This document shows positions 10,493-19,731 of a DNA stretch of 64,000 nt, piece after piece. The position numbers and the translations under genes were made by a program. Source of the DNA: a bacterium (GTDB lineage: Bacteria; Patescibacteriota; Patescibacteriia; JBAXGH01); contig JBAXGH010000003.1 in assembly GCA_037139515.1 (NCBI GenBank), forward strand, positions 12,800-76,799, read 5' to 3'. Below the pieces are notes generated by a model. The model had not been told where the DNA came from, searched no databases, and saw only the letters and a list, made by a program, of their open reading frames with translations. Every line of letters begins with the position of its first letter. The stretch's first letter is position 1.

Positions 10493-11290
10493 ATGATCGT
10501 AAGCGCTCATCTTTTACCGCATAGCCCATTACTTCTTCCAAGCATCGGAAAAGAAAGAACCGAGAGCCTGAAAAACACGGTTCAAGCTATTTCCATAGCC
10601 GCGGATGAGATTCGAAAGGCTAAACCAGATACGATTATCGTGATAAGTAGTCATGGTACGGTTTATAAAGATGCTTTTTCAGCGAACATTCATGATATTT
10701 ACCAAGCTCACTTTGAAGAGTTTGGCGATTTTGCTACATCTTTTACCGCCAAACCGGACCTTGAAACTGCCGATCGTTTGAGCCGACATCTGAATCTCGC
10801 AGGCATTTCGTACAAGCAGAGTTCGGATGAAACTCTGGACTACGGAACAGCTGTTTCGCTTTCATTCCTAACACCTTTATTCGCGAAGACGAGACTGATT
10901 TCACTTTCACCTTCGCAGTTAGATGCCAAATCCCACTTCGATGTCGGGATGCATATTTCCGAGATACTGCTCGCAAGCAAAAAACGCTTTAGTATTATCT
11001 GTTCTGGCGATCTGTCACAGAGGCTCACAACGCAATCTCCGGCCGGATATTCGGCGGACGGAGCGGAATTTGAAAGTAAGCTAAAGGAAAGCATCGTTTC
11101 GCATAATGTCATGGGACTCCTAAAGCTCGCGCCCGAATTAGTCAACAATGCCGGAGAATGCTCTTACCGTCCGCTTCTCATGATGCTCGGTATCATAGAA
11201 GCCTTCCCATATCAGACGAAACTACTGTCATACGAAGCTCCTTTTGGCGTCGGTGAGCTGGTCGCGAGCTTTGAACTTGGACATAAATAA
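10493..11290 (+). CDS. Class III extradiol dioxygenase family protein (LigB/YgiD-like)
   Basis: Blocks AHLLPHSPLL, IIVISSHG, DYGTAVSL, ICSGDLSQRL and SYRPLLMMLG align with YgiD/LigB-family conserved blocks. Confidence 0.5.
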   Translation: MIVSAHLLPHSPLLLPSIGKERTESLKNTVQAISIAADEIRKAKPDTIIVISSHGTVYKDAFSANIHDIYQAHFEEFGDFATSFTAKPDLETADRLSRHLNLAGISYKQSSDETLDYGTAVSLSFLTPLFAKTRLISLSPSQLDAKSHFDVGMHISEILLASKKRFSIICSGDLSQRLTTQSPAGYSADGAEFESKLKESIVSHNVMGLLKLAPELVNNAGECSYRPLLMMLGIIEAFPYQTKLLSYEAPFGVGELVASFELGHK

Positions 11291-11297
11291 GCCGAAC

Positions 11298-12818
11298 ATG
11301 ATTGCTCACATTGCACCGCTTCGGCGCATGCCGAACAGTCTTCCGTTTTTAAGTTATCTTTTGCCGACGGAACTAGAGCCACGCATACAGCGCGGCTCAA
11401 TGGTTTTAATTCCGCTTCGTGGGCAAGATATTCCAGGACTGGTTCTTCGTTTAGAAACCGTTTCAGATGTCGCACGTCTCAAACCGATTTCAAAATATTT
11501 AGGCATAACTTTGCCGGAACATTCCGTCCTAACTCTTGAAAAGGTCGCCGAATATTTTGCGAGTACTCTGCCTTATCTAACCGATGCACTTCTGCCAACA
11601 CCGGGAAAGCGATGGAATGAGGAAATACCACCGATTGAAACTCGTAACACGAAGTTTGCGAATGAACGTCGCTTGATTGAGTTAAATCATGCCTCCGAAG
11701 AATCAACCATCCTTCGTAATTTGGCTGACGAAACGATTGCCGCCGGATCCGCCATGCATGTAATAGTTCCGAGCCTCGAAAAAGCCGGTCTTGTAGCTGA
11801 TGTTTTCGACGGTGCCTACCGGGTCGGAATCATCACTAGTGAAGTTTCTCCCGGGAAAATCTGGTCCGTTTTTATATTGGCACTCCGCGGTGAACTCGAT
11901 GTACTCATAACTACAAGACGTGGATGCCTCACGCCTATTTCGCGCCTCGGCCGCACTGTTGTACTCGACGAGGAATCGAGTGATCACAAACAATGGGATA
12001 TGAAACCACGGTATGACGCGCGTACCGTCGCGATGATAAAAGCCGAAACTTCCGGTTCCGGGTACATTGCTATTTCGATTGCGCCAAGACTCACTGCGCG
12101 ACAGACTTTAGTCAGCCAAACTTCGCTCGTAACCATTCCGAAAATTCTGGTGCACGTAAACCCGGAAACCAAAAACCCTTTTTCACAACCGACCCTTGAT
12201 GCGATTGAAGACGCTCTAGACATCGGCAAAAAAGTCGCAGTTCTTGATTCGAGTGGATTCTCGGTTCCAGTACCGGGTTCAAATCCGGCCAGACTTCCAG
12301 CACTAGCCTCCGAAGCGTCTCTTGTGATTATCTTATTCCCCGATCGAATGCTCTTCACAAACGAATGGAGTGCCGAAGAAAGAATGCACGCCGAGCTTCT
12401 TAGACTCACAAAACGCATGCGCTCCGACGCGACTCTGATTATCGTGGCGACTACCGCGCACCGTGCCTTTGCCGGCCTCTTGCCGGGTCGCCGTGACGAG
12501 TATTTCCGAAAGCTTATAGATGAACGGCAGGAACATAATTACCCTCCTTTTGGCAGTTTTATAAAATTAATCGTACAATCTGATAAATCGCTTGATGACG
12601 CAACCCAAAAAGCCATCGCGCTCGAAGCATCGTTAAAATCACCCGGCGTTGAGATGCTTGGACCGTATCCGGCGGATCCGGCAATGGTCAGAGGTCGTTT
12701 TCGCGCGCTAGCTCTGCTCCATGGAACCCCAGAAGCAATTAGAGCTGTAAAAGCAGGCTTATTTAACCTCCCTGATGAGATCCTTGTAGATATTGACCCG
12801 GAACGTATTTTCCGCTAG
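11298..12818 (+). CDS. priA: Primosomal protein N' (PriA)-like, with degenerate ATPase motifs
   Basis: The N-terminal winged-helix region matches PriA (SMVLIPLRGQDIPGLVL). TRRGCLTPISRLGRTVVLDEESSDHKQ parallels PriA GTRSALFLP..LGLIIVDEEHDSSYKQ. It sits in the conserved priA-def-fmt gene order. The Walker A position reads NLADETIAAGS and DEEH is replaced by DEES. Confidence 0.6.
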   Translation: MIAHIAPLRRMPNSLPFLSYLLPTELEPRIQRGSMVLIPLRGQDIPGLVLRLETVSDVARLKPISKYLGITLPEHSVLTLEKVAEYFASTLPYLTDALLPTPGKRWNEEIPPIETRNTKFANERRLIELNHASEESTILRNLADETIAAGSAMHVIVPSLEKAGLVADVFDGAYRVGIITSEVSPGKIWSVFILALRGELDVLITTRRGCLTPISRLGRTVVLDEESSDHKQWDMKPRYDARTVAMIKAETSGSGYIAISIAPRLTARQTLVSQTSLVTIPKILVHVNPETKNPFSQPTLDAIEDALDIGKKVAVLDSSGFSVPVPGSNPARLPALASEASLVIILFPDRMLFTNEWSAEERMHAELLRLTKRMRSDATLIIVATTAHRAFAGLLPGRRDEYFRKLIDERQEHNYPPFGSFIKLIVQSDKSLDDATQKAIALEASLKSPGVEMLGPYPADPAMVRGRFRALALLHGTPEAIRAVKAGLFNLPDEILVDIDPERIFR

Positions 12819-12832
12819 AATATCACTTAATT

Positions 12833-13312
12833 ATGCCGCGTCTAGAAGTTATCAAAAATCCAAATCCGCATCTGCGCCGAATTGCCACGCCGGTCGCGCT
12901 TGATTCGATTACCTCAAAAACCAACCAAAAGCTGGTCGACGACATGATTTTGACCATGAAAAAAGAGAACGGCGTCGGTTTGGCCGCCGTCCAGGTTGAT
13001 GTGAATCAGCGTCTGATTGTTGTACTTGATGACGATGAGCCGCTCGCAATCTTCAATCCGGAACTCTCGAATCTGTCTTTTGCTAAGGTGATGAGCGATG
13101 AAGGCTGTCTTTCGGTACCCAAGGTTTGGGGATATGTAAAACGCCACCGTTCACTTACCTGGAAAGGCTTCGATCGTGAGGGAAAAGCTATCGGAGGTCG
13201 CGCTGCTGGCTTTTTTGCCATCGTGCTTCAACATGAAGTCGATCATTTAAACGGAATTTTGTTTATCGATAAGGTCGAAAGCTACTTGGAGACCTCGAAT
13301 TCTCAAATTTAG
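12833..13312 (+). CDS. def: Peptide deformylase
   Basis: The three PDF motifs are present: GVGLAAVQ, EGCLSVP, QHEVDHLNG. Confidence 0.92.
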   Translation: MPRLEVIKNPNPHLRRIATPVALDSITSKTNQKLVDDMILTMKKENGVGLAAVQVDVNQRLIVVLDDDEPLAIFNPELSNLSFAKVMSDEGCLSVPKVWGYVKRHRSLTWKGFDREGKAIGGRAAGFFAIVLQHEVDHLNGILFIDKVESYLETSNSQI

Positions 13313-13319
13313 ACTTGCT

Positions 13320-14252
13320 ATGAAAATTGTATTTTTTGGAACTCCGGAGTTTTCACTTCCGGCCTTGAAGGCTTTGCATAATGATAAGCGTTTTGAGATT
13401 TCGCTCGTTGTGAGTCAGCCGGCCAAGCCTGTGGGACGCGAACAGGTCGTAACCGATTCCCCTGTCGCTACTTTTGCCAAAGAAAACAACTTACGACTTG
13501 CGACTCCGGAAACCCTCCGTCAAAATACAGACATTGTCGAAACGGTCAAAAATATTGCGCCGGATTTTTTGCTTGTTGTAGCTTTTGGAAAGATTATCCC
13601 AAACGAGCTTCTTGGGCTCGCAAAACATGGTGCCGTCAACATTCACCCGAGCCTACTGCCTAAATACCGTGGTGCTTCCCCGCTCCAGATGAGCATCGCG
13701 CACGGAGAAGCCGAAACCGCCGTCACAATCATGCTTATGGATGCTGAGGTTGACCACGGCGCAATTCTGGTTCAAATACCCGACCAAATCACAGAATCAG
13801 ATACCACGACCACGCTCGGCGAAAAACTCTTCAAAAAAGCAGCCGATGTTTTACCGCAAACTTTGATCGATTTTGCTTCCGGCAAGATAAAAGCCCAAAC
13901 GCAGAATCACGAAAACGCAACTTTTACCAAACTCATTGATCGCGCTGACGGCAAACTAACCTTCGATACAAGCGCAAAACTTATTGACGCCAAAAGACGC
14001 GGGTTTACTCCATGGCCGGGAGTTCACATCGAACTCGGCGATGGTTTTGTCATCAAAGTTTTGGACACCGAAGCTGTTAAATCCTGTACGGGTTTCGTGC
14101 CCGGCGCTCTTCATGAGCACGAAAACGAGCTTCACGTGGCAACCAATGACGGCTGCGTTTGGCTTAAATCGGTCCAGCCTGCCGGAAAGAACCCGATGCC
14201 GGGCGAGGCTTTTATTCGCGGTTACAGCAGGTATCTTTCGCTCCGACAATAA
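13320..14252 (+). CDS. fmt: Methionyl-tRNA formyltransferase
   Basis: N-terminal formyltransferase domain MKIVFFGTPEF... with the NIHPSLLPKYRGASP motif; directly downstream of def. Confidence 0.9.
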   Translation: MKIVFFGTPEFSLPALKALHNDKRFEISLVVSQPAKPVGREQVVTDSPVATFAKENNLRLATPETLRQNTDIVETVKNIAPDFLLVVAFGKIIPNELLGLAKHGAVNIHPSLLPKYRGASPLQMSIAHGEAETAVTIMLMDAEVDHGAILVQIPDQITESDTTTTLGEKLFKKAADVLPQTLIDFASGKIKAQTQNHENATFTKLIDRADGKLTFDTSAKLIDAKRRGFTPWPGVHIELGDGFVIKVLDTEAVKSCTGFVPGALHEHENELHVATNDGCVWLKSVQPAGKNPMPGEAFIRGYSRYLSLRQ

Positions 14253-16503
14253 CTAAAACCTCAAGCAGCAGAAGCACCGAAAGCCCAATCGGGTGATCAA
14301 GATACGGCGTTGTGGCGTGAGTCGCAAGCAAAACGACAAAGACGCCGAACGCCGCTATTTTTTTCGAATAATCAGGAATACGTGAAAGCGCGCGCCACAG
14401 AAAAGCCAGATATCCAAGAAAAAGCGCCCCACCAATCAGGCCAAATTTCAGCCAGACATCCAGCCATCCCCACTCGAAGCGCGTCGTTACAACAAGCCCA
14501 TCAGCACGTATATTGCGCCAAAAAGGATCAGGGGAAAGATAAGAAATAGACTTAGCAAAACCGGAACCAAGAATCGGGTGCTCTTTTACCGCAGCCCAGA
14601 GCGGTTTGAGTAATTCCCATCGCGCGCCGACAGCGGGATCGTTAATCGAACTATAACGGTCTACAAGCAATTTTGATAAGTTAGAACCGCCACTTACAGA
14701 TGGAATCGGAAACTTAACGACGGCAGCAAGAATCATTACGCCAATAACAAGAGACGCGACAAAACGCCAAATTGGCATGAAAATCACGCGCCAAGAGCGA
14801 TCTTTAAAAGCCCAAACAGTCAGTCCGAAACAGAGTCCGATTACCAAGCCGAGCAAAATACTTCTTGAAAGAGAAGCCACGAGCGCCGAACCAAACAATC
14901 CCAGCATCAGATACCATGAACGAGGTCTGGTTTCTTTTCGCGAGGTTAGAATCATCCAAACCATCGCGAGTCCCAGGAATAGATGGGACGGCAAAAATAC
15001 GCGATGAAAATTACCGAGCAGGCGGGTAACTTCGGCAACGCGGGTATCGCGAACCCAAATATAGGTGGCACGAATCACATCATCACCAAAATGTGAAAAC
15101 ACATAAACTAAAACCAGCGTTTTAATTGCCAGCCAGGCGGTACCAAACCCCAAAATTTCTTTTATCTTTGTGAGATTTTCAGTCTTGATACTTAGGAGCG
15201 GTAAAAGCAGCGCCAAGAAAGCGTAACCATTTGCGTCTGAAATTAATTCATTTACTGGTCGGTTATATAGGAATCCGACAACCAGTGCATAAACAATTGC
15301 GAGAATTAATAAAGTAAAACGGGCCGGGACTCTGGAAAACACGACGCGACGTCGCAGGATTTGAATCATCCAGGCGAGCATTACCGCAAGAAACATCGTA
15401 ATGCGCAACGAAACACCGGACTCGCCGTGAACTCCGAGCCCAATCATATGACCATGAGAACCAATAATGACTTCAAGCGCAATCGCAGATAACCCAAGCG
15501 CGAGCGACTGCAGCGATGCCACAAAAACACCGGCCGTAATTGCAAGAAGAATTGGAAGCGCTAGGCTTGGATATGCGTGCCCTATCCAGGAACCAGCTTC
15601 CAGAACTGCAAGAAATTCAAAAATCCGAATATGGGTTTTCGATTTTTCGATGTCTTTTTGATAATGAGTCTGAAGCCAGGCCAAAAATAAACTAATCGGA
15701 CGCAATGCCCAAAACATAAATCCAACCAGCAGACCAAAATGCTTCTGCATGTATTGCGCCATGCTGGTTGAAAAATATCTTTGCTTTTTGACGGTCATGA
15801 TTTGACCGAAACTCTGTCCACCATGATGAATCATCTCAATCTGAGGCATGAAGCGAATCGAATAGCCGGCATCTTTAGCGCGCTTCATGAAATCGACTTC
15901 CTCAAACCAGATAAAAAAACGCTCATCAAGAAGTCCGATTTTTTCCATCAAATCACGACGAAAGGCAAAGCTCGCGCCCATGACCTGATCAACTTCAGCT
16001 TCGCGAGAATAGTCAAAATCATCGGCCAGATACTTAGAAATCGCCTTCGAGTGGCGGAATAGCTTTTGCAATTTCAGACCGACAAGCAGCTGGCTAAACG
16101 GCGTCGGAAAACGTCGAACTGATTCTTGAATTGTTCGGTCAGCATTCAGAAGCCTCGCGCCAACGATTCCCAATTCAGGCCGCGAGTCGAATTCGCGAAC
16201 ATAGTTAGAAAGAGAATCGCTGATGAATTCCGAATCCGGATTTTGAACTAGAAGAATGCGCCCATTCGCGGCCTGCAGCCCCTGATTCACAGCTTTCGCA
16301 AAACCAAGGTTCTGATTATTCGCGATAATCGTTATTTCCGGATGTTCAGCGATGATTGCCGCCACAGATCCATCGCTCGAAGCATTATCGACCAGGATTA
16401 TTTCGTACGAGGCGCTCTTAGTCTGATTTTTTATCGACTGAATCAACCGAAGAACCAGCGCCTTCACGTTCCAGTTCACGATAATTACACTGATATCAAT
16501 CAT
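14212..16503 (-). CDS. Fusion of a family 2 glycosyltransferase to an O-antigen ligase/polymerase-like (Wzy_C-type) polytopic membrane domain
   Basis: The N-terminal ~250 aa form a GT2 fold (VIIVNWN, ILVDNASSDGS). The C-terminal ~500 aa have at least 10 TM helices and an O-antigen-ligase-like loop region. Confidence 0.65.
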   Translation of the reverse strand: MIDISVIIVNWNVKALVLRLIQSIKNQTKSASYEIILVDNASSDGSVAAIIAEHPEITIIANNQNLGFAKAVNQGLQAANGRILLVQNPDSEFISDSLSNYVREFDSRPELGIVGARLLNADRTIQESVRRFPTPFSQLLVGLKLQKLFRHSKAISKYLADDFDYSREAEVDQVMGASFAFRRDLMEKIGLLDERFFIWFEEVDFMKRAKDAGYSIRFMPQIEMIHHGGQSFGQIMTVKKQRYFSTSMAQYMQKHFGLLVGFMFWALRPISLFLAWLQTHYQKDIEKSKTHIRIFEFLAVLEAGSWIGHAYPSLALPILLAITAGVFVASLQSLALGLSAIALEVIIGSHGHMIGLGVHGESGVSLRITMFLAVMLAWMIQILRRRVVFSRVPARFTLLILAIVYALVVGFLYNRPVNELISDANGYAFLALLLPLLSIKTENLTKIKEILGFGTAWLAIKTLVLVYVFSHFGDDVIRATYIWVRDTRVAEVTRLLGNFHRVFLPSHLFLGLAMVWMILTSRKETRPRSWYLMLGLFGSALVASLSRSILLGLVIGLCFGLTVWAFKDRSWRVIFMPIWRFVASLVIGVMILAAVVKFPIPSVSGGSNLSKLLVDRYSSINDPAVGARWELLKPLWAAVKEHPILGSGFAKSISYLSPDPFWRNIRADGLVVTTRFEWGWLDVWLKFGLIGGALFLGYLAFLWRALSRIPDYSKKIAAFGVFVVLLATHATTPYLDHPIGLSVLLLLEVLVIVGAKDTCCNRE

Positions 16504-17207
16504 ATTCCGTGTTTACGCTTGATTATTTCGGCAGCCGCCTGATAGGCGCGGATCGTTTTTGGTTTCCAGCCCAACTTATCCCACGGAATACGATGCCAAA
16601 TCGATGGTCGCCAGGTAGAAATACCAATTTTACCGCGCGGAATTACTTTATACAGAATTTCCGGAACCCAGACTCCAACCTTACCCTGTTCAAGTAAGGT
16701 TAGCCACAAATCCCAATCATGAAAACGCTTAAGACTTTCATCAAAACGAGGTTCTGCTTCACGCCTAATCAGAGCGCTCGTGTGAACAAAATTACGTTCT
16801 TTTAGTTTTTTGACGTCAAATTCCCCGCTCGTAAACTTCTTCCAGCCAAGTTTGAAAGAACTATAGGCATAGCTCGCCTGCGGATTCTCTTCGAGCGCCG
16901 TAACGAGCTTCTGAATCGCATCCGGCTTGAAGATTAGATCAGAGTCACAGAACATCACATATTCCCCTTTCGAAAGCCTGAAGCCGGTATTTCTTGCGAC
17001 CTGAGCACCGGAATTTTTTTCCAATTTTAAATACTTAATTCGATCTCGAAATGGAGCGATTACTTTCTCGGTTTCATCAGTTGAAGCGTCATCAATCAAA
17101 ATAACTTCGAGCGGCTCACAGGCTTGAGCGAGCACCGTTCTGAGCGTCCCGGGAAGCGTTCCGGCGCTTTGCCAGGCTGGAATTATTATCGAAACTAGCT
17201 TATTCAT
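16500..17207 (-). CDS. Family 2 glycosyltransferase
   Basis: SIIIPAWQ and ILIDDASTDETEKV GT2 motifs, and DSD (DXD). Overlaps its neighbours by 4 bp, suggesting an operon. Confidence 0.8.
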   Translation of the reverse strand: MNKLVSIIIPAWQSAGTLPGTLRTVLAQACEPLEVILIDDASTDETEKVIAPFRDRIKYLKLEKNSGAQVARNTGFRLSKGEYVMFCDSDLIFKPDAIQKLVTALEENPQASYAYSSFKLGWKKFTSGEFDVKKLKERNFVHTSALIRREAEPRFDESLKRFHDWDLWLTLLEQGKVGVWVPEILYKVIPRGKIGISTWRPSIWHRIPWDKLGWKPKTIRAYQAAAEIIKRKHGI

Positions 17208-18208
17208 AAGTGCTTAAACCATTTCCAGAAGTATTGCGCTTGTCTTTTTGCCTCAAAATTTGAGGCAAATTCACGCAGTTCGCTAATCCGTGGAGCTTTC
17301 ACGCCAACATCGCGAATTGCCTGCGCTAAACTCTCGGGTGTGTGACGTATCGCATGTGCTCGAAGATCAGGGTGAATTGCTTCACGCACGCCTATTCCCT
17401 CACCACCAATCACCGGAAGACCAAAAAACTGCGCCTCCAAATACACGATACCAAAACCTTCCTTATCGGACCCGATTTCACGAGTCGGAAGGACAAAAAC
17501 ATCATGCTCAAGAAATAGCTTTATCTTCAATGCATCATCTACTCGACCCGTAAAAGTTACGCGATCATAAAATCCTGATTCCGCGGCCAGTTTTTCAAGT
17601 CTAAGTCTGTCCGGGCCGTCGCCCGCAATCGTGATTCTAGCCTCAGGCATGAATTTAAGCGCTTCGATAGCGGTATCGAAGCCTTTTCGTTCGACAAGCC
17701 TGCCTAGCATCAGCCAGCGAAGAGGCATTTCGGCTCGAAGCTCAAGCGGGGATCCGATAAGTGTCTGCGGTATCGACGGATACAAGACAATCACTTCCCT
17801 TTTTGAAAACACTTCGACGAGCTTCCGAAGAGATTCGGTATTTGCCGTTACGCCGCTTGCAAACTTCAAAATCCAGCGCAACAGAAAGCGTTTTCGTGTA
17901 TTCCCAAGAGCAAGAAAATAATCCATGCCGTGCAGAGATATAATATATTTTCTGCCGGTTAAAATTTTCAATATCAAAGCTACGGTTCCGTAAGGCAAAA
18001 CGTGGCTTATGTGCAAAACCGCATCCGGATACTTGCGAAGCTTCAGGAATAATCTCTGAATCAGAAATAACCAATGCCCTGAAAATAATTTGTCGTCATT
18101 CAACACCAAAGTTCTTTCGGCCGGCAAATTCGAATAAATACCGTAAAGATAACGGCCGATTCCTCCTCGTTCGTTTCCGTATTCCGGAGTTGCGAGGACT
18201 AATTTCAT
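17204..18208 (-). CDS. Family 4 (GT-B, glycosyl transferase group 1) glycosyltransferase
   Basis: C-terminal EGFGIVYLEAQFFGLPVI block, which is the typical E-x7-E region of GT4. Confidence 0.8.
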   Translation of the reverse strand: MKLVLATPEYGNERGGIGRYLYGIYSNLPAERTLVLNDDKLFSGHWLFLIQRLFLKLRKYPDAVLHISHVLPYGTVALILKILTGRKYIISLHGMDYFLALGNTRKRFLLRWILKFASGVTANTESLRKLVEVFSKREVIVLYPSIPQTLIGSPLELRAEMPLRWLMLGRLVERKGFDTAIEALKFMPEARITIAGDGPDRLRLEKLAAESGFYDRVTFTGRVDDALKIKLFLEHDVFVLPTREIGSDKEGFGIVYLEAQFFGLPVIGGEGIGVREAIHPDLRAHAIRHTPESLAQAIRDVGVKAPRISELREFASNFEAKRQAQYFWKWFKHL

Positions 18209-19728
18209 ACGGCTTCAACTTCTCCCGGTACAGGTGTGAGAGCAGGCTTTCGTCTGATTAATGACATGAAAGCTTCGATATCATTCTTGCGAACACCGCC
18301 AACTATCCAAAGTGCCGCTGGATATACGATCACAGCCACCAAAACAACTATCAGAATAGAAATATGACCCTTTAAAGAAGCTGCGACAGCATACATCACG
18401 GCGCTTGCAACGAGTGGACGCAGATAGGTTTTTGCGAGTTTTGAGACGTTAATCGGGAAAGCCAAGAGAACGGCTGTTAGACCTGCTATAAACATGAAAC
18501 CAAAACTTACCAAATCAGCAATAGCGGCCCCGCGCTCGCGCATCGTCGGAATCAGCCAAAAATTCAATCCGAGATTAACCACCATAACCATGCCCGAAAG
18601 GAATGTTTTTGTATTTTGACGGTGCGTGGCATTCAAGAGCGAAGCGATCGGAAATTCCAGGAATATAAATGCCAAAACCGGAACGAGCAAAGTCAGCGTC
18701 GGGATAGCAGGAGCGAATTTAGCCCCGTAAAGCGTGGTAATAAGCGGGTCCGCAACCGCCCAGATCCCGGCGACGAGCGGGAAAGCTATTGTCGCCATAT
18801 ACCATTGCGCGCGTTCGAATAGGGTCACGATTTTGTCATTATCCTTGCCATACATCGAAGCGAAGGCTGGATAAAGCCCAGCTACAAAGGCCAACGGTAA
18901 AAACTGAAAAGCATATGTGAATTTATAAGCGTTGCCGAAAAGTCCGGTCGCATGATCATCGGCGAGGCGCGAAAGCATCACGCCACCCACATAACTATAG
19001 ATTTTCACGAAAATACCGGCGAGCGTGAATGGCAAGGCGAGCTTTCCGAATCTCCAAAGCGCACCGATATCGTAAGAAAACTTTAATCGCAAATCAAGTT
19101 TACGTCTGATTACCAAATACGAAACTAAGACATTAAAAATATTCGTTGCAAGGATCGCGTAAATAACCGCGACCGGAGAACGCATTTCATACAGCAAAAT
19201 TGTGCCTAAAATGATTTGAACCGCTTGTCCAGAAAACAAAATCATCGCTTCGTATTTGAGCTGTTGAACAGTTCGAAGCGCGGCAAAAAACAAGACATGG
19301 ATTGCTTCGAAAAATGAGGAAATCGAAGCCAGTAATATCAGTTTTCGATAGTCGAGGTCGTAGTTCAGCAGCCAGGCAACGAGCGAAGTCAATCCGACCA
19401 TGACGATGCCATTCACGACTCGAAGCGTAAAAGACTTGGCGAATAAATTCTGACGATCGCTCGGATTTTGTGCGCCTTCCCGAATAAAAATATTTGTCAC
19501 GCCAAGATCAGCAACGACTGCAAACATCATTCCGAAAGTCACTGCCGCGAACACCCGTCCGTTTCCCTCAACCCCCAATAATCGCGCAATAAGTAAAGTA
19601 AAGATGAAAGCCAGAACCTTTTGAGCGATCAACCCGCCGGTATAAATTATGGTATTTTTAGCAACAGTTTGAGACATAAGTGTCTGAACATAATACACTT
19701 TTAGGCTCGCTTTGTCATCATTTATCAC
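18205..19728 (-). CDS. Polysaccharide biosynthesis protein, Wzx-like flippase (MOP superfamily)
   Basis: 507 aa, about 12-14 TM helices, with an N-terminal region typical of Wzx/MATE-like polysaccharide exporters. Sits in an operon with three glycosyltransferases. Confidence 0.7.
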   Translation of the reverse strand: MINDDKASLKVYYVQTLMSQTVAKNTIIYTGGLIAQKVLAFIFTLLIARLLGVEGNGRVFAAVTFGMMFAVVADLGVTNIFIREGAQNPSDRQNLFAKSFTLRVVNGIVMVGLTSLVAWLLNYDLDYRKLILLASISSFFEAIHVLFFAALRTVQQLKYEAMILFSGQAVQIILGTILLYEMRSPVAVIYAILATNIFNVLVSYLVIRRKLDLRLKFSYDIGALWRFGKLALPFTLAGIFVKIYSYVGGVMLSRLADDHATGLFGNAYKFTYAFQFLPLAFVAGLYPAFASMYGKDNDKIVTLFERAQWYMATIAFPLVAGIWAVADPLITTLYGAKFAPAIPTLTLLVPVLAFIFLEFPIASLLNATHRQNTKTFLSGMVMVVNLGLNFWLIPTMRERGAAIADLVSFGFMFIAGLTAVLLAFPINVSKLAKTYLRPLVASAVMYAVAASLKGHISILIVVLVAVIVYPAALWIVGGVRKNDIEAFMSLIRRKPALTPVPGEVEAV

Positions 19729-19731
19729 CCA

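Noticed and set aside
14310-16062. Several 60-95-aa plus-strand ORFs inside the GT2-Wzy fusion gene, and similar ones inside clpB, secD and alaS
   Set aside because: They are antisense to well-supported long genes and show no conserved motifs, so they are treated as noise.
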